From Candidatus Poribacteria bacterium (GTDB lineage: Bacteria > Poribacteria > WGA-4E > PCPOR2b), in contig OZ244587.1 in NCBI GenBank assembly GCA_965218095.1, positions 1,984,001 to 2,048,000 of the forward strand: 64,000 nt of DNA, given 5' to 3'. Both the position numbers and the translations under genes were made by a program. This document shows, piece by piece, positions 54,181-64,000 of this stretch. Positions within the stretch are counted from its first letter, which is position 1; the number at the start of each line of letters is the position of its first letter. The notes below the pieces were generated by a model that saw nothing but the letters and a program-made list of their open reading frames with translations, was not told where the DNA came from and did not search any database.

Positions 54181-55104
54181 ATGACATCACCTGAAAAATC
54201 GCGAATGAAGGGCGGACTCACCCCCCAGCAAATCCAGCAGTTCAATGATGATGGTTTTTTGATCATCCGTGATCTGCTCCCACGTGAAGCAATTCAACCG
54301 TTAATCGATGAACTCCAACAGAAGATCCGTGACCTGGCCAACGAAGCAGTGCAGCGGGGACTACTCGACGCGGCGAACACCTTTGAGGATTCGCCTTTTG
54401 AAACGCGCTTGGCACAGGTGGCGGATGCCTGCTCAGATCGCAACTGGATAGGAAAACAGTTATTACAGCCGGATCTCTACGGCAAGCCCAGAACCGCCGG
54501 AATGTTCACTCTTAGAACACATCCCGCGCTGCTAGACGTTGCTGAATCATTGATCGGCTCTGAAATTCTGGCGCACCCACAATTTGCCCTCCGGGGGAAA
54601 ATGCCGGATCAGGAGGAAACGGTGATACCCTGGCATCAAGACCTGGCCTACCTGAAGCCGGAAGAATCGGGGAACACATTGGTTGTGAATTTCTGGATTC
54701 CTCTTGTGAAAGCCACAGTCGCTAATGGCTGTATGCAAGTGATGCGGGGGTCGCATTGTTGGGGCCTGCTGCCGCACAGCCATCTCATATCAACCGCCGG
54801 TCACAAAGGTTCCACAGGTATCGCCGATGTCGATCTGCCACCCTGCGAAATCGCGATGGGCGAGGTGGACGCCGGCGATGTCTTGCTGACGATGGAACGG
54901 TTGGTGCATCGATCTCTTCCCAACCGATCCAATACCGTCAGGTGGAGTGTCGATACCCGCTACAGCGAGATTGGGCTTCCGACTGGCCGTTCAAGTGTAT
55001 CTGGCTTTGTAGCCCGCAGCCGCAAAAATCCTGAGAGCGTTGCCCAATCTCATCACGACTGGAATCGGCTGTTTAGCGGATTTGGCACGCTTCAGCACCG
55101 TTGA
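54181..55104 (+). CDS. PhyH family dioxygenase
   Basis: LTPQQIQQF.DDG, PWHQD, NGCMQ..RGSH, HRS.PN.S..VRWS. Confidence 0.92.
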   Translation: MTSPEKSRMKGGLTPQQIQQFNDDGFLIIRDLLPREAIQPLIDELQQKIRDLANEAVQRGLLDAANTFEDSPFETRLAQVADACSDRNWIGKQLLQPDLYGKPRTAGMFTLRTHPALLDVAESLIGSEILAHPQFALRGKMPDQEETVIPWHQDLAYLKPEESGNTLVVNFWIPLVKATVANGCMQVMRGSHCWGLLPHSHLISTAGHKGSTGIADVDLPPCEIAMGEVDAGDVLLTMERLVHRSLPNRSNTVRWSVDTRYSEIGLPTGRSSVSGFVARSRKNPESVAQSHHDWNRLFSGFGTLQHR

Positions 55105-55382
55105 GTTGGTTATGAAGGCACGGAGCACTGAATAACACGTCCAGATCCAGGCATCAAAGTCGAAATCCTGGGAGATAGTGGCAGGACATCTTTATACACG
55201 ACTTGGTTATGGAACGGATGTAGTATTCATTGGGATTTTGGGGATCGAGGGCATTGGAGCAAAAGCTCCAACGCTCCACTGCTCGTATAATAGGTCGCAG
55301 GCACATTGATGAAATTTTGCCCCCGAAGAGATCGTGAAAATCTGCTCTAATTTCGGTCGAAGTTGGGCGGTCGTAAAAGAAT

Positions 55383-55523
55383 CAGGACTTACGCACTTGA
55401 ATGTTCCAAATTGAGCCGCAACCTGTTATGAATCCTGTATCTTGAATCGTACGCCGGATGCAGGATACAGGATGCAAAGTTCAGCAAAGACACTCATTTC
55501 TTGTAGAAACCGCGTAAGTCCTA
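55383..55523. mobile_element. MITE-like element
   Basis: IR AGGACTTACGC/GCGTAAGTCCT; flanking 5-bp direct repeat AGAAT; non-coding. Confidence 0.6.
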
Positions 55524-55645
55524 AGAATAAAGAAAGTCAGCAAACGCTGTGATAACTTAACTTCTTGTCTGGTATCTGCGTGGTGCGATGCTTGGAAAGT
55601 CCGTGGGAGAGTCGTGTATAGATTACGCAAAGGAGGGATAGAAAA

Positions 55646-57070
55646 ATGGTAGTTCTGTTTCCGTTTGACGATTACAGCATTCCACTGACCTATGGTCTAC
55701 AGTTGGGACTGGTACAGGGTGAGCGTCAGGGAATCGTCCTGCCGCCGGGGAAACCCGGCGACCCCGACTGTAGCAGAGTGCGATACCACGAGACAGTGAT
55801 CCGCATTGATGGGGAGTTCAGGATGTAGTACTTCGGTCTTGGCGACCAGGACGAGGTAATGCGCGTGTGTTACGCCGTGAGCCAGGATGGTATCCATTGG
55901 GAGAAACCCGCACTAGGTCTTGTGGAATACGGTGGAAGCACTGAGAACAACTTGGTAGACTTGCCTATCGGTGATTACTCCGTCATCGCAAATACTCTCA
56001 TCTACGACCCGGAGGATTCCGACCCGGATCGACACTTCAAGATGGCCTTCGAGTCCGGCAAGTATGAGAACCGTCTCGCTGTTGCCTTCAGTCCAGACGG
56101 GCTTCACTGGAAGGAGTCGCCCCGCAACCCGGTAACCAAGTACCTCTTTGAGCAAAGTGGGCTCATCAAATTCAACGGGTGCTACTACGTGAACGGTCAG
56201 TGCTCCTGGCCAAGGCCGGGGGCTCACAGACAGATGGTGACACACATGTCCTACAATTTCGAGAACTGGACTCAGTCCACGGACCTTAGCTTCCGAAGGG
56301 ACGGGACGACGTCACGGTACAGGGGCGGCGAGGAAGACAGGACCAGATGGAATGTCGGTGAGCAGGTTCACCTGGGTGCTAGCCTTTGGAACCGGGGCAA
56401 CGTGATCATCGGTTTCTACGGGATGTGGCATGGACACGAGACCGATGACTGCCGCTTTGTGACGATGGACCTGGGGCTTGTTGTCAGCGACGACGCGACC
56501 CACTTCAGGGAGCCCATTCCTGATTTCAAGATCGTCCCCGCCTACGAGGAGCCTGAGAGTACTATCGGTAGGTACTATAGTACGAGCATCGGTATGTGCG
56601 CATTGGGGCAGGGGCAGGGTTTCGAGAACGTGGAGGAGCAGACCCTGCACTGGTACTAACTGTGGGGACAGGGTCAAGTTCGTTTGGCCACGTGGCCCCG
56701 TGACCGGTTGGGATACTACGAGGTGTATTGGCCAAGGCGGCCGTCGGTGAAGATGTCGGAGGCGCCGCATTTTATCTCATGCCCGATGGATCTTGATGAA
56801 ACAGATTGTCGGGTGTTCGTCAATACTAACGGGCTTTCGGAGAACAGCTTCTTGAAGGTCGAGATCTGCGATGAGCAGTTTCGCGTGATACCGGGCTATT
56901 CAGGGGAAGCCTGTGTCCCCGTCGCAGAATCGGGGTTCAAGCAGGCGGTTGCATGGCGCGACACAGGGAACCTCGCTGGGATCGATGGGCCGATCCGCGT
57001 GCGAGTGAACTATGGGGGTTTGAGGCCGGAGGACATCCGCGTGTACGCCGTGTACGTCTCCCCATCATGA
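55646..57070 (+). pseudogene. glycoside-hydrolase-like beta-propeller protein, disrupted
   Basis: RM*Y (TAG 55826), YAVSQDGIHWEKP, AFSPDGLHW Asp-box motifs, stop at 56657, C-terminal IPGYS domain in another frame. Confidence 0.8.
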
Positions 57071-57282
57071 TGTTGACGCGGGCTGGTTGCTTGCAGAGCA
57101 ACTGAGGCACCTGGCCTTTGATGCCGCACCTATATATTCTTCAGAAATTTCAACTTGGTTGGAAGCCCTTTGTATCATTTGAATAGAGTCGCAAATCATT
57201 TTTCGTCAAAATAGGGGTTCTGATCGCCAAACGGAGCGATTCCCTCAATGCCTGTTGTAAATTCTAAGCCTACCAATCAAGC

Positions 57283-59781
57283 CTAAGATGTATTGCGCCT
57301 GAGTTGGGTCGTTGCGGTTGACGGCGGCAAGCACCGGTGATCGTCACACGCTTGATAGTTGACATCCAGGTTCAATGGAAACGTCTTCTCAAGCAATTCG
57401 CCAGACTTCAGCTTGAGTTTCATCCGGATGGCGACCACCCCTTCGTAGACGGAAATCGGCTGCTCACTAAAACCGGTACGAAATGGCTTTCCCTTCGGAT
57501 ACGTCACGGACACGATTTCAACAGGAGCGTTTTGGCCGACGGATACGGTGGTGGGAATCAGCAGATCCAGGGAGGCCGGATTGGCGTTAATATGCCAGCC
57601 TTCAGCGAGCACCAGTTGTACCTCTACATCAAAGGGTGCTCCGACGGAGATCTTTTCCTTCGGTGATATTGATGCTGACAGTTTCAGTAGTTCGTTTTCT
57701 GCAGGTAAAGCGGATTGATTATCATTCACGGCTTTCGGTGGAGAAAAGATGTTAATTCCGCTCGCTTCCCCTGTCTTCAAACCGAATTGGGAAGGCTGTC
57801 CTTGTTTTGCCTCTCTAACTTTTGTCCAGTCCGTCGAAAGATAGCGGTTCACGGCAAAACACATGTGCATAAAGGCTCTGGGGGATTGCGCCATCATCCC
57901 AGCGAAGCTCTGAAGGGTTTTTTCCGCTTTGTCGAGATAGTCTTTCTTCCCAACCAACCGCGTGAGGGTGAGTAGATTGTTGACTGCTACGGCATTCCCT
58001 GATGGGAGCGCGGAGTCATACGGATTTTTGGTCCGCACCACCAGATGTGCCTGATCGGCAAGGGTGAAGTAGAATCCGCCGTTTTTGTCATCCCAGAACT
58101 GTTTGATCATTGTATCCGTCAGAGATTGGGCGTCATCTAGCCAACGCTGTTCGCCAGTTGCCTCATGCAGACTTAGCAAACCGCGCACGAGGAAGGCGTA
58201 GTCATCAAGGTAGCCATTGTATTTAACGACACCGTCCTTGTAAGTGCGCATCAACCGTCCATCGGATTTGCGCAGGCGCCTCAAATTAAACCCCGCCGCT
58301 TTCTCAGCCGCATCACGATACCGCTCATCGCCCAGCACCGCGTAGCCGTAAGCGAGTGCATCGATCATTAAGCCGTTCCAACTGGCAATTACTTTTGTAT
58401 CGAGCAGCGGTTGTTTCCGTTTCTCACGCGCTTTCAGCAACTTCGCCTTGAGCGGTTCGAGTTGTCTGTGGATGTCGTTTTCCGACTTTTTGAGTGCTTT
58501 TGCGACACTTGAGATCGGGGAGGGAAGATACAGGATATTGGTTCCGCCTTCAAAATTGGCACCCTTGTCCACGCTGTAAACCTTCATCAACAGTTTTGCC
58601 TCCCTTTTTCCAAGGATCTTTTGGATTTCATCCTTCGTCCAAATGTAGGATTTCCCCTCCTCTGTATCCACTTCCGCATCGATCGCAGAATAGAAACCGC
58701 CCTCCGCTGATATCATCTCTCGGGAAACGAACGTAAAAATTTCTTCAGCAATACGCCGGTAGCGTGGATTCTTCGTCAGTTGGTAGGTTTGCAGGTAGAC
58801 CTTCGCCAGTTGGGCATTGTCGTAAAGCATCTTTTCAAAGTGCGGCACCAGCCATCGGGCATCGACTGAATAACGGTGGAACCCGCCGCCAATCTGATCA
58901 TACATGCCGCCATACGCCATCATATCGAGCGTATGGGTAATCATTTTGAGCACGGAGTCATCAGGCTCGCGCTGATATTCACTCAACAGCAGATCAAGAT
59001 TTGTGGAGCTGGGAAACTTCGGCGCATCGCCGAAACCGCCGTATTTGGCGTCGTACCTTGATTGAAGGTTTTCCACTGCCGACGCGACCAGTTTTCGATC
59101 AAGGGGCGTTTCCTGGTCCGAAGTTTGATTGACACTCGTTGCCTGTATGACGACTTCTGTAATCTTCTCTGCCTGGGCGATGACCTCCTCCCGTCGATTC
59201 GTCCACACATCACGAAGTGCATTCAGGACTCGTGGGAAACCGGGGCGCCCCAAGCCATCCTCCGGCGGAAAGTAGGTGCCTGCATAGAAAGGCAGGAGAT
59301 CGGGCGTCAAAAAGACAGAGTTTGGCCAACCACCGTGGCCAGTCATGACCTGGGTCGCCGTCATGTAGATTTCGTCGAGATCTGGGCGTTCTTCTCGATC
59401 GACCTTGATGTTGATAAACCACTGATTCATTAGATCGGCGATGTCCGGATTCGAGAAAACTTTCCTTTCCATGACATGACACCAGTAGCAGGTCGAGTAA
59501 CCTACTGAAAGAAAAATCGGCTTATTTTCCGCCTTTGCCCGCTCCAATGCTTCGGGATGCCAAGCATACCAGTCAACCGGATTATGGGCATGCAAAAGCA
59601 GGTAAGGGCTTGTTTCATGGATGAGTTGATTCGTCCACTTCCATGTGCCATCGGGGTTTTTGAGTGCTTCTTCATGTGAATGGGCGTCCTCATCGGCATA
59701 GATAGCAACGCAAACACTGCTCGCAATGATAATTGCTCCCACAAATGAAAAGATGTTGAAAATGCGGAAATTGTGTCGCAT
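57283..59781 (-). CDS. YyaL/SSP411 (DUF255) protein with signal peptide and C-terminal DsbD-N-like domain
   Basis: [49 protein letters not shown]. Confidence 0.92.
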   Translation of the reverse strand: MRHNFRIFNIFSFVGAIIIASSVCVAIYADEDAHSHEEALKNPDGTWKWTNQLIHETSPYLLLHAHNPVDWYAWHPEALERAKAENKPIFLSVGYSTCYWCHVMERKVFSNPDIADLMNQWFINIKVDREERPDLDEIYMTATQVMTGHGGWPNSVFLTPDLLPFYAGTYFPPEDGLGRPGFPRVLNALRDVWTNRREEVIAQAEKITEVVIQATSVNQTSDQETPLDRKLVASAVENLQSRYDAKYGGFGDAPKFPSSTNLDLLLSEYQREPDDSVLKMITHTLDMMAYGGMYDQIGGGFHRYSVDARWLVPHFEKMLYDNAQLAKVYLQTYQLTKNPRYRRIAEEIFTFVSREMISAEGGFYSAIDAEVDTEEGKSYIWTKDEIQKILGKREAKLLMKVYSVDKGANFEGGTNILYLPSPISSVAKALKKSENDIHRQLEPLKAKLLKAREKRKQPLLDTKVIASWNGLMIDALAYGYAVLGDERYRDAAEKAAGFNLRRLRKSDGRLMRTYKDGVVKYNGYLDDYAFLVRGLLSLHEATGEQRWLDDAQSLTDTMIKQFWDDKNGGFYFTLADQAHLVVRTKNPYDSALPSGNAVAVNNLLTLTRLVGKKDYLDKAEKTLQSFAGMMAQSPRAFMHMCFAVNRYLSTDWTKVREAKQGQPSQFGLKTGEASGINIFSPPKAVNDNQSALPAENELLKLSASISPKEKISVGAPFDVEVQLVLAEGWHINANPASLDLLIPTTVSVGQNAPVEIVSVTYPKGKPFRTGFSEQPISVYEGVVAIRMKLKLKSGELLEKTFPLNLDVNYQACDDHRCLPPSTATTQLRRNTS

Positions 59782-59816
59782 ATCGATTTCTCCTTGTCTT
59801 TGATTACGTTTTAGTT

Positions 59817-60396
59817 TTACGCATTACCTTCTATCTTCGCAAATATCATCGTATCCCGTAACTCTCCCGATGGCGAAAGCTGGTCATTTCGCAGTATGCC
59901 CTCCAACTCAAACCCAAGTCGTTCGGGGATGCGTCGGCTTCTGATGTTTTTCGGATCGCAACGGATTTCCACCCGTTTCGCTCCAAGCGTTTCAAACGCA
60001 AACTTCGTAATCGCTGCTGTTGATTCGGTGATGTAGCCTTGCCCCTGAAAACGCTTCCGACACCAATAACCGATTTCAAACTTTGGAATATCCCAATTTA
60101 TCCGATGCAAGCCGCTGCTGCCGACCATCGTGTATGTGCCTTTGAGAAAGAGCAATAGCCACAGTTCTTTCCGTCCAAGAAACCGACACCAGGCACGGCG
60201 GACACTGGCCTCAGACTCCTCCAACGTGGGAATTCAACGTGGGAATTTCCTGCGCCCACGGCATCCACACCTTGAGGTCATCGAAGGTTTCGCGAACGGC
60301 AGCGTTCATTTCGTCGCCATCTCCCGGTCGAGGGGCGCGGATGGTCAAGCGTTCTGACTCAAATGATTCTGAAAAGTCGATGAGAATTGGGTTCAT
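59817..60396 (-). pseudogene. RimJ/RimL-type GNAT acetyltransferase, frameshifted
   Basis: ESERLTIR...WMPWA plus FEIGYW...QGQGY; 13-bp tandem duplication at 60222-60247. Confidence 0.88.
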
Positions 60397-60449
60397 TGGA
60401 GTTCATCTTTTTACATGAGGCGTGATGTATCGGGTGAATCAGTATAATA

Positions 60450-60482
60450 AACCTTGCGAAGGTTCTAACCCTTCGCAAGGTT
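60450..60482. repeat. REP-like palindrome
   Basis: AACCTTGCGAAGG-TTCTAAC-CCTTCGCAAGGTT. Confidence 0.7.
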
Positions 60483-60550
60483 GGGTTTCGCTGAACAGTA
60501 TATATCAGGGGTCGCAAAAAGTCAAAACGAAAATGATCTGAAAAAATTCA

Positions 60551-60579
60551 TTGACATAGATCCAAAATCAATATAGAGT
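60551..60579 (+). promoter_or_regulatory. sigma70-like promoter
   Basis: TTGACA-17 nt-TAGAGT with an A-rich upstream tract. Confidence 0.6.
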
Positions 60580-60660
60580 ATTAGGAGGACAGTGGAGTGA
60601 TAGTGCCATTAAAAAGAAATCGTTAAACATCAGAAGTAAAAAGAAACATTTGGAGGGAAA

Positions 60661-60930
60661 ATGAGTGATTTGAACGTTGGTATTGTTGGACTAGGCTGGG
60701 TCGCCGGCACCCATATTGAGACATTCAAGGCGGTTCAAGGTGGAAACGTGGCGGCAATCTGCTCCCGTCGTGAGCATGACGAAGCGGAATTGGAGCAATA
60801 GTACGGCACGCCGCTGAAAGCCTACACGGACTATAAAGCGATGCTCGCCGATCCGGACATTCATATCGTGGACATCTGCACGCCGCCCCCTTTTCATGCC
60901 GAACAAGCCGTTGCAGTTGACGGTACGATT
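60661..60930 (+). pseudogene. Gfo/Idh/MocA N-terminal relic
   Basis: VGIVGLGWVA...EQ*(60799)YG...DICTPPPFHAEQ, then truncated. Confidence 0.85.
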
Positions 60931-61019
60931 CTCGGACAACTGAACTCTGGTCGTCAGGCAACTGCAACTGCTGTCTCTGAAGCGTCATTCTCTTGAAATT
61001 GAAAAAGGAGGTGTTTGCT

Positions 61020-61229
61020 GTGCGACAAGTCACTCTTGATGAGGCAATCATCCATCTGTCTGATTTAATCGAAGCGTCCGTGAGGAGTGAAAACGTTTTC
61101 ATTACAAAAGATCATGGCACTCGGCGCTTTGGAAGCGCCAAAGGACTTGTCGTCATGACTGAGGATTTTGACGATGAGCTTCGAGATTTCAAAGAGTATA
61201 TAAAGCAAAAAGCTGGATTGATAAAATGA
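61020..61229 (+). CDS. type II antitoxin-like protein (Phd/DUF2281-like)
   Basis: RRFGSAKG...MTEDFDDEL.DFKEY. Confidence 0.7.
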   Translation: MRQVTLDEAIIHLSDLIEASVRSENVFITKDHGTRRFGSAKGLVVMTEDFDDELRDFKEYIKQKAGLIK

Positions 61230-61388
61230 CAAAAGCGTCTATAGAACAGGGCAAAGTATTGCTTTATAGATATTCGCCAATACAAGAAACTCATAAAGCA
61301 GTGCAACTCGACTTGTTTCCTCACTAACACCTTGTCAGGGGGATTGGGGGATACGGCAGCAAATACATAACTTTTTAGGAGAAAATTT

Positions 61389-62498
61389 ATGAACGGGCTT
61401 TTCAAGCAACGACTGTTTTATGTAATCGCCGCAATGGTTTTAGTAACCCCCTGGTGTGCCTTTTCCTATAAGGGTGAGGCGGATCAGAAACTCTTTCAAT
61501 GCTTTCAACGGATACTGAAGTTGACGCACGACGAAGAAGAAGATAAACTGAAAATAGAGCGGCAACTCGTTTGGCTGACGGCGCAAGAAAAAGCAGGAAC
61601 AATCCCATCGGATAGGGTGATTGAACTAAAAAAAGAACTCCTCGATAAGTGGTCTGAAAATGCGGTGAAGTTCGCGATACAAGATTGCCTAAAGACCGAT
61701 AGGGTGATTGAACTAAAAAAACGCAGCCTCAAGTGGTCTGAAAAGGCGATGGAGTTCGCGGTACAAGATTGCCTAAAGACCGATTCAAAGGCCCAGTGGG
61801 CGGAGTTGAGGGAGTTGCCGCTGGTGGTGCAAGCCGGGATCAATATGGTAATAAGTAATTTGATGCCCAATTTGGCATTAATTAAAAAGCAGTTGGTTAT
61901 AAATGCTTGGCAACTCGATCAAAAGAGCAATGATACAAATTACAATGCCACGAAAGCGACCATGGCGAAGTTGGCAATGGACGGTGCCCTCAGGTTCCTC
62001 AGGGAGGACTGGAAAAGGGGCAGCGGTCGAGAAAAGACGCTAGTCGCGCTTGACACCATTGAAGAGCAGACGGGCATTCTGCTTAAAGCCGGTATCGACA
62101 CGAACATTTTTACCGGTACGATTGAGCAAATTGATCAAAAGCTCAGCACGACGCAACGCCCGGAACTCGCAGAAGCAGTGACTGCATTACGAAAGGCGAT
62201 TATTGCATATGGGAGTGCGCAATCAGACGTATTTTCGGACGCACTTGCCGAGAGTAAGGTATATCAAGTCATATATCCGTTTCCGAAGGTTGGCTCTACA
62301 CCCGAAGCCGACCTCGAGATGATTCGGGGGACGATTAGTGGGATACGTCAGTTTACAACAGTAATGCAAGGCTTTTTTTATGCGCGTTATCTCGGCCGCG
62401 ATGGCCCGATATTCATAGCCAATCGCAAATTCAGGTTGCCACACTTGATTACAGATCCCATTGAATTCATAATCAAGAAATTGCTGGAAGAGGGTTGA
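61389..62498 (+). CDS. secreted hypothetical protein with internal ~29-aa repeat
   Basis: RBS AGGAG; signal peptide ending AFS; DRVIELKK...QDCLKT occurs twice. Confidence 0.8.
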   Translation: MNGLFKQRLFYVIAAMVLVTPWCAFSYKGEADQKLFQCFQRILKLTHDEEEDKLKIERQLVWLTAQEKAGTIPSDRVIELKKELLDKWSENAVKFAIQDCLKTDRVIELKKRSLKWSEKAMEFAVQDCLKTDSKAQWAELRELPLVVQAGINMVISNLMPNLALIKKQLVINAWQLDQKSNDTNYNATKATMAKLAMDGALRFLREDWKRGSGREKTLVALDTIEEQTGILLKAGIDTNIFTGTIEQIDQKLSTTQRPELAEAVTALRKAIIAYGSAQSDVFSDALAESKVYQVIYPFPKVGSTPEADLEMIRGTISGIRQFTTVMQGFFYARYLGRDGPIFIANRKFRLPHLITDPIEFIIKKLLEEG

Positions 62499-62705
62499 AC
62501 TCGTCCGCAGATCGAGGCAGAACTCCTGGAATTTGCAGAACTCCTGAAATTTTATGGAGAGCGGCGATATGGAGATAATTTAGAGCAAGATAAAAGACAT
62601 TTAGACAGACTTTTTAGCTTATATCAATAACCCCCTGAGAACCCCTTACCCCTCAGAAAAGGGAGGTTGGGGGAAGCAAACACATAACTTTTTAGGAGAA
62701 AATTT

Positions 62706-64000
62706 ATGAACGGACTTTTCAAGCAACGACTGTTTTATGTAATTGCCGCAATGGTTTTAGGTTCTGTTGACATTTGAGTATAAAGTTGTGGCATATGAGT
62801 ATAAAGTTGTGGCATAGTAGAAGAATGATGCCAATAACCTTACCTGATGAACAATGAAATAAGATATACAGATTTCTTCTTAGCTGTCCCACCATCTATG
62901 TTGGCGACGAAGCTGCTACGCGCTGCTTCGTCGAAGCTGTCCTCTGGGTCACTCGGAGCGGCGCTCAATGGAGACTTCTACCAGACCCTATGGCAAATGG
63001 AACACTCTCTACAAGTGGTTTGCCCGCTGGTGCGACAAAGGGGTCTTCACACAGATGCACCCCCACTTCGCCTCTGACCCCGATATCGAGTCGCTTATTG
63101 TGGACAGTACAATCTGCCGCGCTCACCCGTCTGCGGCGGGCGCCTTAAAAAAAACAGTGGCACTGAAAACCAAGCGTTAGGTCGCTCTCGGGGCGGTTTC
63201 AGTACAAAAATTCACATCACAGTTGACGGACTGGGAAATCCGCTAAGAATTCATCTGACCCCCGGTCAGAGACATGACATAGCTGAGGCGGAAGAGTTGA
63301 TAATCGGATATAACAGTGAATATGTGATTGGAGACAAGGGATACGATTCGGACGAATTTATCGCGGTTATCGAAGCAAGTGGAAACCGATAAATTTCATT
63401 TATCAGTTTCCCGTATGGAGCGATTGCGGTGATACCGCTTCGCAGTCATCGTGTTGACCAAAAAACGTACGACCAACACTTATACAAAGAGAGACATCGG
63501 GTTGGATGTTTCATCAACAAGATAAAATGGTATCATCGTATCTTCTCTCGGTTTGAGAAACTAGCTGTCCATTATTTTGGATTTCTCAGCTTTGTCTCCA
63601 CTCTTATATGGCTCCCTTGAAATGTCAACAGAACCTAGTACCCTGGTGTGCCTTTTCCCACAGCGATAGAACCGGCAGCATGGGTGGGCATTATAATCGT
63701 AAGACGGGGGGATATCATTTTCACAACTCCAAGCCTGTGCCCTCTGCGGCGAAGCGGGTGTACGTCAGGGGCTACTATCGGAAGGATGGAACATATGTGC
63801 GCCCGCATTATCGGACTACGCCTGATGGCAATCCGTATAATAATTATTCGACGCGTGGCTTACGTATTTCAGTAGATCTTGGTCGCACTGCGTTGGATGC
63901 AGAAAGCATGAGTCAGTCTGCGTCGGACGGGCAGTTGGCGGCATTGATTCTCCACGCATATGGCACCAAAGCGTCGGATGACTCGATAAGGCGCAAGGCT
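62706..64000 (+). pseudogene. secreted YHYH-like domain protein split by IS copy B3; open to window end
   Basis: With the IS removed: MNGLFKQRLFYVIAAMVLVPWCAFS-HSDRTGSMGGHYNRKTGGYHFH...VRGYYRKDGTYVRPHYRTTPDGNPYNNYST. Confidence 0.85.
62760..63635 (+). mobile_element. IS5 family copy B3, degenerate
   Basis: TIRs GGTTCTGTTGACATTT, TA TSD; fragmented transposase. Confidence 0.93.

Overview
Bacterial DNA of moderate GC. The host is probably Candidatus Poribacteria or a similar lineage; this is inferred from several PhyH dioxygenases, DUF6785-like membrane proteins, a C-terminal 'AVxPxGKxxTxWGxIK' tail and heptamer intergenic repeats. Intact genes include a putative sugar-acid catabolic cluster next to eno and map, a 13-kb TolC/RND/MacAB-like/DUF5916 envelope operon, a LolA-like/LolE-type ABC/outer-membrane barrel operon, an aquaporin, an amidase and YyaL. 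The window is heavily eroded, with six IS copies from three families (ends and target duplications mapped), a MITE, REP-like palindromes and roughly 15 pseudogenes. The most notable features are missed by the ORF track. (1) Two UGA-recoded selenoprotein genes with near-identical SECIS geometry: an Rdx CxxU protein and an apparently exported rhodanese with a double-Sec U-x-U site. (2) Two tandem genes share a near-identical RBS plus signal-peptide cassette that ends exactly at the predicted cleavage site, but carry unrelated mature domains. (3) An IS5 lineage whose programmed frameshift has been locked in frame by a 16-bp duplication. (4) An intact nuclease-like gene beside a dead methylase and a HINT-toxin relic. 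No CRISPR array, rRNA or tRNA was recognised.
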